Of a stretch of 64,000 nt of DNA, positions 53,505 to 64,000 are shown piece after piece. The notes beneath the pieces were generated by a model. That model was not told the origin of the DNA, ran no database searches, and saw nothing but the letters and a program-made list of their open reading frames with translations. The stretch is from Terriglobia bacterium (GTDB lineage: Bacteria; Acidobacteriota; Terriglobia; JAJPHL01; JAPKYU01). The DNA is taken from NCBI GenBank assembly GCA_965206645.1, contig CBDBKE010000004.1:1152001-1216000 (forward strand), written 5' to 3'. The position numbers and the translations under genes are program-made. Within the stretch, counting starts at the first letter, position 1. Each line of letters begins with the position of its first letter.

Positions 53505-53659
53505 GGCTGCGGCCCAGTTTGTGGAACGATACAGCGCGAACGTCCCGATGGGCCGCATGGGACAGGATAGCAAGGAAGTGAAGGGAGCTCACTTCAGCAG
53601 CCTCCCCCTATGTCACCGGGCACAATCTCGCCGTCGACGGTGGGCTGACCGCGTGCTAG
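53505..53659 (+). pseudogene. SDR oxidoreductase C-terminal remnant
   Basis: FVERYSANVPMGRMG...YVTGHNLAVDGGLTA*; frameshifted. Confidence 0.6.
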
Positions 53660-53726
53660 GCTTAGGCTAATGAACGTGGCAGGTCCGCCACCTGCCGACC
53701 GCGCTAAGAAAAAAGGAGATGATCCT

Positions 53727-55337
53727 ATGACGCCCAGTCGAGCACAGAATGCCATGTTTCGTCTGAGTATCTTGTGTCTGGCAGTTCTGCTGTTTCCTCT
53801 CGCGGGCGGAACCCGCGGGGCGGATTCATTAGAGGGACTGGATGCCAGCATGTCGCAGCGCGTTCACCCCGTGCTGATTCGCAACGACCATAACGCACTG
53901 CTGCAGGTAGTTGTGGAAGTAAAGCAGAAGGAGGACGTCCGTCTGCGGTCCGTCGCATTCTCTCTCGACGGGACCGACAACTTGAGCGATCTGGAATCTC
54001 TGGAGCTGTTCTATACCGGCGAAAAGCGCGAGTTTGCAACTGAAACTGTATTTGGCAAGCCGGCCCAGCCGGCTGCCAGGATCTCTTTCCGCGGGGATCA
54101 AACCTTACGCGCCGGGACGCACGTGTTCTGGTTGTCTTGCAGGTTGAGGTCGAAGGCCGGCTTGTCCCGCAAAGTGGATGCAGCCTGCACGTCGATTGAC
54201 ACCACGGCAGGAAAGCTGACCCCGCGCGATCAATCGCCTGGAGTGCGCAAGCGAATCGGCATCGCGCTGCGCAAGCACAATGACGACGGCGTTCACACCT
54301 ATCGCATCCCCGCGCTGACGACTACGCCAAAGGGCACGTTGCTGTGCGTGTATGACATGCGGTGGCGGAAGTCGCGTGATCTGCAGGAGGACATCGACGT
54401 CGGGCTCAGCCGCAGCACCGATGGCGGCCGGACGTGGGAATCGCCCCGCGTCATTATGGACATGGGTGAATATGACGGGCTTCCCCAGGAACAAAACGGA
54501 GTCGGCGACCCGGGAATCATTGTCGACCAGAAGACCGGCGAAATCTTTAGCTTTGCGGTATGGATGTGGGGCAAGCCCGGCAAGCATCAATGGAGAGGAG
54601 ACGGGTCCGAACCGGGTTACGAAATCGGCAAGAGTGCCCAACTCATGCTGGTTCGCTCGAAGGACGACGGCCGCACCTGGACAAAGCCCGAGAACATGAC
54701 CCGCAAGTTGAAAAAGGCCGAATGGTGGCTGCTCGCTCCGTCGCCGCAACAAGGAATCAACCTGGCCGACGGCACGCTTGTGATGCCCTCGGAGGGGCGC
54801 GATGAAAAGGGAGTGCCCTTTGCCAACCTCATGGTCAGCCGCGACCACGGCGCCACTTGGACCGTCAGCACTCCCTCCTTCAGTGGAGGGAACGAATGCC
54901 AGGCGGTGCAGCTGGGTGACGGCTCGATCATGCTGAACATGCGCAACGATCATGAACGGTATCGCGCCGTGTACGTGACGCACGATCTCGGCCAGACATG
55001 GCATCCGCACGAAACGAATCGCAACACGCTGATCGAACCGAACTGCAATGGCAGCTTGTATCGGGTCGATTACGGGAGGGCAGGCGAGAAAAAGCGGCTG
55101 CTGCTTTTTTCCAACCCGCATACGCAGAAAGGCCGGACCCACCAGACCATTCAAGTCAGTTTCGACGACGGCCGCACCTGGCCGGAGAAAAGCCATCTTC
55201 TGCTGGACGAAGGCCTGGGACGTGGCTATCCGAGCATCACACGCATTGACGACCAGCACATCGGCATTGTCTACGAAGGCAGCCAGGCCGATCTGGTATT
55301 TGAGAAGATTTCGTTGGATGAACTGCTGAAGCGGTGA
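53727..55337 (+). CDS. Secreted GH33 sialidase
   Basis: YRIP motif; Asp-boxes STDGGRTW, SKDDGRTW, SRDHGATW, SFDDGRTW; signal peptide. Confidence 0.92.
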   Translation: MTPSRAQNAMFRLSILCLAVLLFPLAGGTRGADSLEGLDASMSQRVHPVLIRNDHNALLQVVVEVKQKEDVRLRSVAFSLDGTDNLSDLESLELFYTGEKREFATETVFGKPAQPAARISFRGDQTLRAGTHVFWLSCRLRSKAGLSRKVDAACTSIDTTAGKLTPRDQSPGVRKRIGIALRKHNDDGVHTYRIPALTTTPKGTLLCVYDMRWRKSRDLQEDIDVGLSRSTDGGRTWESPRVIMDMGEYDGLPQEQNGVGDPGIIVDQKTGEIFSFAVWMWGKPGKHQWRGDGSEPGYEIGKSAQLMLVRSKDDGRTWTKPENMTRKLKKAEWWLLAPSPQQGINLADGTLVMPSEGRDEKGVPFANLMVSRDHGATWTVSTPSFSGGNECQAVQLGDGSIMLNMRNDHERYRAVYVTHDLGQTWHPHETNRNTLIEPNCNGSLYRVDYGRAGEKKRLLLFSNPHTQKGRTHQTIQVSFDDGRTWPEKSHLLLDEGLGRGYPSITRIDDQHIGIVYEGSQADLVFEKISLDELLKR

Positions 55338-55422
55338 GCATCCGGCACTTGAATGCGACCGGCCTGTGGGCCGCAGGTTCCGCAAGTGAACCACCCAACG
55401 CAGAATCTTAATGGGAGGTTTC

Positions 55423-56367
55423 ATGTCAGGGCGGAAGGTTTATTTCAATGGCGAATTCGTTTCAGAGCAGGAAGCTCGAGTGTCGATTTTCGACTCGGCC
55501 CTGATGTATGGCGACATGACTATCGTCTTCGACATCACCCGAACCTACCGGCAGAAGCCATTCAGACTTCGAGAACATCTGGAGCGAACTTATGCCGGAT
55601 TGAAATACCTGGAAATTGACTGTGGGATGACATTGGAGGAGATGGAAAAAGCTACCCTGCAGACTCTCGAGATCAACCTTCCCGCCCTCGAGGACGCTGA
55701 CGTTCAGATCATGCACGATATTTCGCGCGGCCCCCTGGAGCTATACAAGAACGTTTTTGGCGGCAAGCTTCGTCCCACCGTATCCATCAGCTGCTGGCCG
55801 TTTTGGTGGCACCTGGCGGGTTATGCGTCGCTCTATCGATCTGGAGTTAACGCGGTGGTTACCGCACAGCGCTCGGTCCCCGCCCATCTCATCGATCCGA
55901 AGGTCAAGAATAGAAGTCGCGTCTTCTACCAGATGGCGAATCTCCTGGCCCAGAAGGCTGATCCCAAAGGATGGGCCCTGCTGACGGACGACCATGGGCT
56001 GATCACCGAAGGAAGCGGATGGAATTTCTTCATTGTTCGCAGGGGGCGGGTCCTTACGCCGCGGGGACGGAACATTCTGTTGGGGATCACCCGCGGTGCT
56101 GTTTTGGAATTACTGACGAAAATGGCAACCCCCTGGAGTGAGGAAGATTTTGGGCTGTACGAGGTGGTTACCGCAGACGAGGCGTTCTGCACGGCTACCG
56201 GGTTTGCCATCATGCCCTGCACCCGCATCAACGGGCAACCCATCGGCGGTGGCCAGCCGGGAAAGTTAACTCGGAGACTGATTGCAGCCTGGAGTAAAAT
56301 GGTCGGAGTGGACATCGTGACCCAGGCAGATGAATATGCTAAGAAGGTAAAGGAGATGGAGTCGTAG
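55423..56367 (+). CDS. Class IV PLP aminotransferase (IlvE/Dat-like)
   Basis: FRLREHLER, EGSGWNFF, ILLGITR, ADEAF. Confidence 0.9.
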   Translation: MSGRKVYFNGEFVSEQEARVSIFDSALMYGDMTIVFDITRTYRQKPFRLREHLERTYAGLKYLEIDCGMTLEEMEKATLQTLEINLPALEDADVQIMHDISRGPLELYKNVFGGKLRPTVSISCWPFWWHLAGYASLYRSGVNAVVTAQRSVPAHLIDPKVKNRSRVFYQMANLLAQKADPKGWALLTDDHGLITEGSGWNFFIVRRGRVLTPRGRNILLGITRGAVLELLTKMATPWSEEDFGLYEVVTADEAFCTATGFAIMPCTRINGQPIGGGQPGKLTRRLIAAWSKMVGVDIVTQADEYAKKVKEMES

Positions 56368-56393
56368 GACCGCAGCAACAGGGTGGTGAGCGC

Positions 56394-57206
56394 ATGAATA
56401 TGAGCTTTAAGGATCGGGTTGTAGTCGTCACCGGCGCGGCCATGGGAATCGGGGAGGCAGTCGCGCTCCGTTTCGCGCAGCTTGACGGAACGGTTGCTCT
56501 TCTGGACAACAACGAAGAGGCTGGCCAGAAGACCGCCAAGTCCTTGCAGGCCGAAGGTATGCGGGCAGAGTTCTTCGCCTGTGACGTCAGCACGGCGGGG
56601 CAGGTTGAGCGAGCCATTGCCTCCGTGGTCAGCAAGCTCGGCGGCATAGACGTTGTGGTTAGCAACGCTGCGATTCAGCGCTACGGCGACGTGGTGAGCA
56701 CATCCGAGGAGTTGTGGGATGAAGTGATGGCCGTCAATCTGAAAGCGTCGTTCTTGCTTTCTAAGTACGCGGTCCCCCGGATGATTGAACGGGGAGGCGG
56801 AGCCATTGTTGTTACTGGCTCCGTGCAGTCACTGGCGGCATTGGGGAATTCGGTTGCCTATGTAACCGCCAAGCACGGCTTGTTGGGCATGGTGCGGGCG
56901 ATTGCGATCGACCACGCAAAGCAGAAGATCCGGGCGAATCTTGTCTGCCCGGGCGCGATCGACACGCCTATGCTGCGCTGGTCAGCCGGGTTGGCTCCCG
57001 AACCGGATAAAGTCATCGAAGCCTGCACCCGGGCCCACGCCTTGGGGCGAATCGGCCGACCCGAAGAAGTGGCCAACGCCATTGCGTTCCTGGCCAGCGA
57101 GTGGGCTTCTTTCATAACCGGAGCGGCCCTGTTGGTGGATGGTGGCGTGTTGGCGCCGGCGGGCGGAATGGCGTTCGTTGAAAGCGGAACCGGAAGTCAT
57201 CAGTAG
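56394..57206 (+). CDS. SDR-family oxidoreductase
   Basis: TGAAMGIG, YVTAKHG, PGAIDTP. Confidence 0.93.
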   Translation: MNMSFKDRVVVVTGAAMGIGEAVALRFAQLDGTVALLDNNEEAGQKTAKSLQAEGMRAEFFACDVSTAGQVERAIASVVSKLGGIDVVVSNAAIQRYGDVVSTSEELWDEVMAVNLKASFLLSKYAVPRMIERGGGAIVVTGSVQSLAALGNSVAYVTAKHGLLGMVRAIAIDHAKQKIRANLVCPGAIDTPMLRWSAGLAPEPDKVIEACTRAHALGRIGRPEEVANAIAFLASEWASFITGAALLVDGGVLAPAGGMAFVESGTGSHQ

Positions 57207-57364
57207 GATTCCGTTTGTGCTTATGCTCCATTCCGCGTGTTAGTGCACTGTCCGTCCGTTCTTCTACCTTCGCATGGAGGCAGAAGGCGCCGCCACCGAC
57301 GGCGACGGGAGGCGTGATGATTAGAAGGTCAGGCGCCAGCCCTCAAAAGTCCACTTGAGCAACG

Positions 57365-58574
57365 TTACTGCCCTGCATTTACTTCGCTACTCCTCGAATG
57401 CATAGAAAAGAAATGGAGGAATTTGCTCCGTTCTTTCGTGCGGGGAGAAGAGATGCCGGCCGCAACGGCGGCGATCCGACGCAGGCTGGTGGTCAGTTGG
57501 TCATTATGGTTCTTCGAGAGCGGAACGCCGAAGTTCACGGCTTCACTCACTTGCCGGAAATCGTTAGGCAGCCGAGCGAAAATGCGGCGCTTCAGGTTCT
57601 TCTCCACGCTCTTCAGAGCCTCTTCGTCTTTGCGATGCCAGCGGTTCACGACAATCTGGATTTGGTGGGGCGCAAAGCCCGTAGAGGAAACGGCCGAAAG
57701 CTGACGGTCCAGGCTCCAGAGTGCGGGGACGTTTGCTTCTGTGATCAATGAAAATTAGGCGCGCCAGGCTCAGGACAGGCTTCCAGTCCGATGAGTAGAC
57801 CGAACCCAGATCGATCACCACGAAATCGGAAGCGCTCTGAGCCACATTGACCACTCGGGCAATGGCAGGCACGGAAAGCCTTTGCCAATGGTCCGGATGG
57901 GACGCTCCCGCCAAGACTTGCAACCCGCTCTTGTGCTTCACCAGAAGTCCACCCAAGAAGTGGCTGTCCAGGCGCTCCAGGTTTTCAACGGCATCACGAA
58001 TTGAGAATTTCGGCTGCAGATCCAGCAGCAAAGAGACATGGCCCAAAGGGCGGGCCAAGTCAAACAGAACCACACGCTTGCTGGTGAGCTGGGCAAGTTG
58101 GACGCCTAAATTAACCGCGACTGTGCTCGTACCGACGCCACCCTTCGCACCCATCACTACGATCACTTTTGTTCCGTCTTCGGCTTGCCCGGTTTCGCGT
58201 TCCTGGCGGAAACGCTCCAGGATTGCTTCCAGCGCTCCTGGCTGAACGGGTTTGGGTAGGAATTCCTGCACTCCAGTCCGCATGGCTTTCAGGAGCAACT
58301 CTGGATCCGGAGTTTTCCAGGGGGAGCAGGCGACGATGCGTACGGTCGGACGGCAACGCCGGAGTTGGTCCGCCAGGGAAAAGTAAGGTTCGGTGTCAGA
58401 ATAGAGGTCCAACAGGACCACGTCCGGCACCGTCTCTCCTGAGCCAAGCTGCCAGTCACCTTTGCTGGGTAGGGTCCATTCCGCAACGGAGCTTACAAGC
58501 CCCGTTTGCTCGAGCAATGCTCGGAAAGTTCCGCTGCTTGTCGCGTCTTTGCTGGCAATAGCTGTGGTTAGCAT
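57365..58574 (-). pseudogene. cpaE: CpaE/TadZ-like Flp pilus protein (receiver + MinD-like ATPase), frameshift near 57748
   Basis: GAKGGVGTSTVAVN; the C-terminus (VVNR...LPND...AVNFGVPL) continues in another frame. Confidence 0.8.
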
Positions 58575-59050
58575 AAGATTGGTCCTTTCAGTGCTGTTCC
58601 CTTTTCAGCGCCATGGACTTCATCTGGGGACTCACCGGGAGAATCCGTAGAAACTCCGGGAGGGATCTGCGGGTCTTCCGCGCCGCAACCATCGCGCAGA
58701 ACAGCGCCGCCATGGTCTGGGTCCTTTGGGTCCTTGTGCTGTCCATAACAGTGCCTAGTTAAACGGAGCCGCAGCAAATGGCCAATAGGCCCACAGTTAC
58801 ATTTTTGCTTAGTACTTTTGGACTAGCGGGCGCGCGCCTAGCGGGTGGGAATCACGGCAGGGTGGCGGGGCTTCTCCACCGTGTGAGCAACGCCGCGCCA
58901 CGGAGGGTATAGCTGAGCAATGGGTCGGCCCGCCTGCCCGCTGGTGGCACAGCCAGGGGAGTTCGGGTGAGATGCGCAGACGCGACCCCTTCGCGGAGAA
59001 AAAGGGGTGTCAGCCGCCTTGGCGACCTTCCTCGGGGGGCCTTTTGAGGA

Positions 59051-60508
59051 TTAAGCCAGCGCTTCCTCGATCACCTTGCCACCGTTGATGGTAGCTCGCT
59101 CGGCCCTGCCGTTGTGCATGAAAGTCAGATTGAGATGGTTCAGGCCCATCAGGTGCAGTATGGTGGCGTGGATATCGTGGACATGGCAAGGGCGTTCGAC
59201 GGCGCGGAGTCCGATTTCGTCGGTGGCGCCAATGGCCTGACCACCCTTAACGCCGCCGCCAGCCATCCAGAGCGTGAAACCCCAGGGGTTGTGGTCGCGG
59301 CCGTCGCCCTTTTCGTTGAATGGCGTGCGACCGAACTCGCCGCCCCACACCACGAGCGTCCTCTCCAGCAGGCCGCGGGCCTTCAGGTCGGTTAGCAGGC
59401 CAGCGATGGGCTTGTCGGAGACCTTGCACATCTTCGAGTGGTTACCTTCCACGTCCTCATGGGCATCCCAGGCCCTGCCGCTGCCACAATACGATTCTAC
59501 AAATCGCACGCCGCGCTCCACCAGCCGACGGGCCATCAAGCAGTTAGCGCCAAACTTGGCGGTGTGCTCCTCATCCAAGCCATAAAGCTTCCTGGTAGTC
59601 TCGGATTCCTTCGATAGATCTACCGCCTCGGGAGCCGCCGACTGCATTCGATAGGCTAGCTCATAGGCATTCACCCGGGCTTCCAACTCCGTGTCGCCGA
59701 ACTTGTCAGCGGCGTAGTGCTGGTTCAAGGCGGACAGCAGGTCCAACTTGCTACGCTGTTGTTTTTCGCCTATGGTTTCGGGAGGGACCAGATGGAAGAT
59801 TGGGGGACCTTCCTTGCGGAAGCGCGTTCCCTGGTAACTAGCGGGCAAGAAGCCGGAGCTCCAGTTCTTGGAGCCGCCGACCACTGGACCCGCGTCGGTA
59901 AGAATCACGAAGGTGGGCAGATTCTCATTTTCCGAACCTAGCCCGTAGGTCACCCAGGCGCCCAAGGCAGGCCGCCCGGCCAGGAGCGACCCGGTATTCA
60001 TCTGGCTATTTGCAGGTAGGTGGGAAATGCCATCGGACCAACATGACCGCAGGACAGCGATGTCATCGACGTGCTGGGCGATCCGGGTATACCAGTCAGA
60101 CACCCAGATGCCGCTTTGGCCGTAGCGCTTCCAGGTTCGGCGCGAGGGCATGAGCGTGTTCGAAGCACTCCGCTCTAAAGTGTCGCCTCCAGCAGTGATG
60201 GGCCGGCCAAATGAATCCGGCATCGGCTGGCCCGCCAGCTTTTCCAGCATCGGCTTGGGATCGAACAGGTCCACATGACTGGGCCCGCCTTCCATGAAAA
60301 GCCAAATGACCGACGTAGCTTTGGGTTGATGGTGCGGTTGCTTCGGAGCCAGAGGATTAGCAGTGGCCGCTGCCGCCATTGGGGGGAATCTGCCATCCTG
60401 GCCGAGCAGACAGCCCAGCGCCAAGGCGCCCAGGCCGCTGCCAGCGCGGTTGAGAAACTCGCGTCGGGTTCGGACGGGAACGATATGAAGTCCGTTTTTT
60501 TGCATCAT
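59051..60508 (-). CDS. DUF1501 protein with Tat-like leader
   Basis: TRREFL, FMEGGPSHVDLFD, WDAH, GEFGRTP, GRDH. Confidence 0.9.
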   Translation of the reverse strand: MMQKNGLHIVPVRTRREFLNRAGSGLGALALGCLLGQDGRFPPMAAAATANPLAPKQPHHQPKATSVIWLFMEGGPSHVDLFDPKPMLEKLAGQPMPDSFGRPITAGGDTLERSASNTLMPSRRTWKRYGQSGIWVSDWYTRIAQHVDDIAVLRSCWSDGISHLPANSQMNTGSLLAGRPALGAWVTYGLGSENENLPTFVILTDAGPVVGGSKNWSSGFLPASYQGTRFRKEGPPIFHLVPPETIGEKQQRSKLDLLSALNQHYAADKFGDTELEARVNAYELAYRMQSAAPEAVDLSKESETTRKLYGLDEEHTAKFGANCLMARRLVERGVRFVESYCGSGRAWDAHEDVEGNHSKMCKVSDKPIAGLLTDLKARGLLERTLVVWGGEFGRTPFNEKGDGRDHNPWGFTLWMAGGGVKGGQAIGATDEIGLRAVERPCHVHDIHATILHLMGLNHLNLTFMHNGRAERATINGGKVIEEALA

Positions 60509-60517
60509 GGCCTGCTC

Positions 60518-62803
60518 CTAGTTCCGATACACAAACTCGTTGGAGTTGATCAACATGTGGCAGAAATCGACGAGCACAGCAGCGTGTACCGAATCCACAG
60601 CATCCGGCAGTGAGGTCGGTAACTCCAGCTTTTCGTCCGCCGAAGCTCGCTCAGCAACGAGCGCACGGTGACGCTGGAAGAATGTTAGCGCGGTCCGCTT
60701 TTCTGCGGCGTCAGGACGCCGCGAATAAGCCAGCCGGTACGCCTCTTCGATTTGTGCCTCCAGACTCGGGCCCGCCCTCCCCAGCACGCGGCCCGCAAAG
60801 GCCTGGGCCCACTCCAGCGTCAATTTGCTGTTGAGCAACGTCAACGCCTGCGGCGCCGTGGTCGTGATATGGCGGCGCCCACAACTTTCGTGGGTGTCGG
60901 GCATGTCGAAGACCTCGAGCATTGGGTAGCGGGCGTTCCGACGCACAAATATATAAATGCTACGACGATTCCGCTCAGCTGGATCTTTCGAGGCTTTCCA
61001 CCCGCCTCGGATTACCATGCCCGGAGGAAGCTCGGGCAAGACGCTGCGACCTCCTACCTTGGTGTTCAATAGGCCCGCGACGAACAGGGCTGAATCACGA
61101 ATGACTTCACCTTGCAGTCGCTGGCGCGGGAACCGCCACCACAGGCGGTTGCCGGGGTCAACCTTCGCAGCCTCTTCGCGGTCAGCCGAGGCCTGTTGAT
61201 AAGTGTTCGATGCCATGATCAGCCGATGCATCTGCTTGATGCTCCAGCCGCTTCGGATGAACTCATCAGCCAGCCAGTCCAACAACCTGGGGTGAGTCGG
61301 CCGGTCCCCCATCCTGCCAAAATCGCTCGGTGTGGCCAAAATCCCGCGCCCAAAGTGGTAGTGCCAGATACGGTTCACCATGACTCGGGCGGTCAGCGGA
61401 TTTTTCGGGCTGGCCAGCCAGTTTGCCAAAACCGTCCGACGACCGGTGGATTCCGCCACGCTGGGTGGGATGATTTTTGCGGAACGGGAGTCCAAGATCG
61501 AGAGAAAGCCCGGCTGAACCTCTTCTAGCGGCGCGTCATACTTGCCCACTACTAAGATATGAGTCGGCGGGGACTGCCGGCTGATATCGATGATTCCGGT
61601 GCCCAGGGCCAACTCGCCTGGCTGAACCGGAGAGAACTTTTCCATCTCAGCCTTGAGCGCCTCCAGCCCCGGCTTGACCTCCCGCCAGCGCTTCTGTCGT
61701 GTGGCATCGTCCTCCAGTTTCTTCGCCACGGTCTCCCAGGTCGGGTTCAAGAACTTTTTGACCCTGTAATATATTTGCCGCTGGAGGGCGCTCCGTTCGG
61801 CGGCCGGCTTGCGAATGGCACTTCGGACTTCGGGTAGGTAGTTGGCCCAGAGTTCGGCTACTTCCGTTTTGTGCTCGGGTTCAATAAGCGCCTCAATCTT
61901 GTCCCGAATGTGTCGGGTTTTTTCTTCCCACACAGCCATCCGTTCGCCATGCTGCTGGACACGGTCAGGCGACCAGAGAAGGATTCCGTCATTCGCGCCC
62001 ACATTAGCGAAAAAAGCCTGCAAGCGGTAATAGTCCGCTTGCAAGATGGGGTCGAATTTGTGATCGTGGCACCGCGCGCAGCCATAGGTCAGGCCCAGGA
62101 AAGTCGCCGCCACCGTATCCGTGATGTCGTTCAGGATTTCCTGGCGACGCCGCAGGACGTTCGGGGCGCGGCTTTCGTCGGGGTAATGACGGTTGAAGGC
62201 GGTGCCAATATGCACCTCAGGGTCGCCAGGCCAGAGCTCATCGCCAGCGATTTGCTCGCGGATGAACCGGTCGTACGGCTTGTCCTGGTTGAATGCCTGG
62301 ATGACGTAGTCACGATAGCGCCAGGCGTTGGGTCGGGGTTCATCTTCCGTGAAACCTTCGCTTTCGGCGTAGCGGGCCAGGTCAAGCCAGTGACGCGCCC
62401 AGCGCTCCCCGTAGTGAGGTGAGGCGAGCAGACGATCCACGACCCTCTCGAAAGCGTTGAGAGAGCGGTCTGCCCGAAAAGCATCGGCCTCCTGCGGTGT
62501 GGCCGGAAGGCCGGTCAGGTCGTACGTGGCGCGCCGCAGCAGACTGATCTTGTCGGCGGGAGGCGCCGGGCGCAGGCCTCTGGCTTCCATCTGGGCTAGT
62601 ATGAAGGCGTCAATCGGGTTGCGGACCCATTTCGCATCTTGAACTTTTGGAATTTCAGGCCGTTTAACTTGCTGAAACGCCCAGTATTTGCGGTCTTGCG
62701 AGGTGAAAGGGTCCTTCGGCGGCGCAGCGGTACTGGCGAGCGGCAGAAGTACAACCCCCGCCACAAGCAAGTTCATCAGGCAGGAGATCTTCCTGTGTTT
62801 CAT
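60518..62803 (-). CDS. DUF1549/DUF1553 (PSD1/PSCyt-type) protein
   Basis: YGERWARHWLDLARYAES, CARCHDHKFDP, ARVMVNRIW, PTHP.LLDWLA. Confidence 0.9.
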   Translation of the reverse strand: MKHRKISCLMNLLVAGVVLLPLASTAAPPKDPFTSQDRKYWAFQQVKRPEIPKVQDAKWVRNPIDAFILAQMEARGLRPAPPADKISLLRRATYDLTGLPATPQEADAFRADRSLNAFERVVDRLLASPHYGERWARHWLDLARYAESEGFTEDEPRPNAWRYRDYVIQAFNQDKPYDRFIREQIAGDELWPGDPEVHIGTAFNRHYPDESRAPNVLRRRQEILNDITDTVAATFLGLTYGCARCHDHKFDPILQADYYRLQAFFANVGANDGILLWSPDRVQQHGERMAVWEEKTRHIRDKIEALIEPEHKTEVAELWANYLPEVRSAIRKPAAERSALQRQIYYRVKKFLNPTWETVAKKLEDDATRQKRWREVKPGLEALKAEMEKFSPVQPGELALGTGIIDISRQSPPTHILVVGKYDAPLEEVQPGFLSILDSRSAKIIPPSVAESTGRRTVLANWLASPKNPLTARVMVNRIWHYHFGRGILATPSDFGRMGDRPTHPRLLDWLADEFIRSGWSIKQMHRLIMASNTYQQASADREEAAKVDPGNRLWWRFPRQRLQGEVIRDSALFVAGLLNTKVGGRSVLPELPPGMVIRGGWKASKDPAERNRRSIYIFVRRNARYPMLEVFDMPDTHESCGRRHITTTAPQALTLLNSKLTLEWAQAFAGRVLGRAGPSLEAQIEEAYRLAYSRRPDAAEKRTALTFFQRHRALVAERASADEKLELPTSLPDAVDSVHAAVLVDFCHMLINSNEFVYRN

Positions 62804-63151
62804 TTCATCGAGAGGCTAGCCTCAAGTGATCAATGATCGAGACCCTTACCGTTCGCCAGCCGCCCCTCGTAAAAAAACCTCCTGTGAGGATAGACCTCAT
62901 CGGGGTGACTGTCAATGACCAATGACAAGGCGCTCCTTGGGCAACTTCACAGGGGTAGCACCTTGAGGTGGAGGCGGCCGACTAGCTGAGTCCTATGCCA
63001 TGCCCTTTGCAGTGAAGAAGATCCAGTGCGGTTGAACTGCAGGGTGCCCCTTCGGATCACTCAAGCATTGTCTTTAAACGCAATGCTCCGAAATGGCACC
63101 TAACGACTCGCTGCATTTGACCGCGTCGCCGCTCGGGCCGCTCTGGAAACG

Positions 63152-64000
63152 TTAAGGACGAACCCCGTCTGCTTCCAGACGAATCCGATATAGTCCCGTT
63201 TGAGCAGTCATGTAGAGTGTCTTGCCGTCGCGCGCACCCCAGTGACAGTTGGCGGGAATCTCAGGGGGTTTAATCGTACCGAGATGCTTGCCTTCGGGTG
63301 AAAAGATCCAGACACCTCCGGGGCCTGTACAATAGAGGTTTCCGTTCTTGTCCACTTTCATGCCGTCCGGTGCACCTGCCTCAGCCTCTTGCGTGACATC
63401 GTAGAAGACAGTGCCGTTGGCAATCGTACTGTCCGGCTGCACCTCAAAGCGCATCCAGATTTTCTTTGCCCGGTCGGAATTAGCTACGTAGAGATACTTC
63501 TCGTCCGGAGAGAAGACAAGCCCGTTGGGACGAGTCATCTCGCTGTGAAGCAGTTGTAGTTCACCTCCAGCCAGGCGGTATATCCCGTTGAAGTCCAAAT
63601 CCCTTTGGGGATCGTCCTCGAGTCCTACCAAGCCATAAGGAGGATCTGTGAAGTAGAGAGACCCGTCGGATTTGTAAACCAAATCATTGGGGCTGTTGAG
63701 GCGCTTCCCTTTGTATTTGTCGGCCAGCACGGACAAACTACCGTCCTTTTCCAGACGCGTGATGCGACGATTTCCATGCTCGCAGATAACAAGCCGGCCT
63801 TCCGAATCAAGCGTCAGACCATTCGAGCCGATGACGGCTCCCTCGGGCGCGTCCGATCCGTCGTAACCACTTGGCTTCCGGAACAAGGTGATTTCACCAT
63901 CGGGGGCCCATTTGAAGATGGAGTTCGCGGGTATGTCACTAAACAGCAGATATCCCTCGTGGACCCAGACGGGACCCTCTGTGAAGCGAAACCCGCCGGC
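63152..64000 (-). CDS. SMP-30/gluconolactonase-family protein (start beyond the window)
   Basis: GFRFTEGPVW, LNSPNDL, YFTDP, PNGL.FSPD, PDGMKVD. Confidence 0.9.
   Translation of the reverse strand, partial: AGGFRFTEGPVWVHEGYLLFSDIPANSIFKWAPDGEITLFRKPSGYDGSDAPEGAVIGSNGLTLDSEGRLVICEHGNRRITRLEKDGSLSVLADKYKGKRLNSPNDLVYKSDGSLYFTDPPYGLVGLEDDPQRDLDFNGIYRLAGGELQLLHSEMTRPNGLVFSPDEKYLYVANSDRAKKIWMRFEVQPDSTIANGTVFYDVTQEAEAGAPDGMKVDKNGNLYCTGPGGVWIFSPEGKHLGTIKPPEIPANCHWGARDGKTLYMTAQTGLYRIRLEADGVRP

Noticed and set aside
53727-64000. Novel system in the sialidase to gluconolactonase region
   Set aside because: Common, recognisable families in an ordinary arrangement; no unexplained structure seen.

Overview
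A GC-rich bacterial window; the gene content (RpoD type, DUF1501/DUF1549 pair, kinase N-terminus) suggests Acidobacteriota, which is inference. The first ~53 kb is a heavily rearranged accessory mosaic. It holds IS3, IS5(IS903-group), IS30, IS481, IS110 and IS1-like elements or remnants, several families of small non-coding repeats, many truncated or fused gene fragments, and cargo genes (two Sel1 proteins, HU, LysR, M28 peptidase, MltF-like, RRM, SET, SPFH, ectopic RpoD, two rhomboids). The last ~11 kb is ordinary metabolic DNA (sialidase, class IV aminotransferase, SDR, DUF1501/DUF1549, gluconolactonase). The strongest signal is an apparently intact Cre-type tyrosine recombinase (21012-21995). 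It is bracketed by two inverted loxP-architecture 13-8-13 sites (20940-20973 and 22298-22331), and a kilobase-scale inverted duplication ends exactly at those sites. Other notable structure: a 131-bp IS6-like MITE in 5 copies at gene-truncating junctions with no target duplications, and dyad-symmetric res-like repeats that bracket the rpoD copy. No CRISPR array, rRNA or complete tRNA was seen. All calls are by eye, without database searches.
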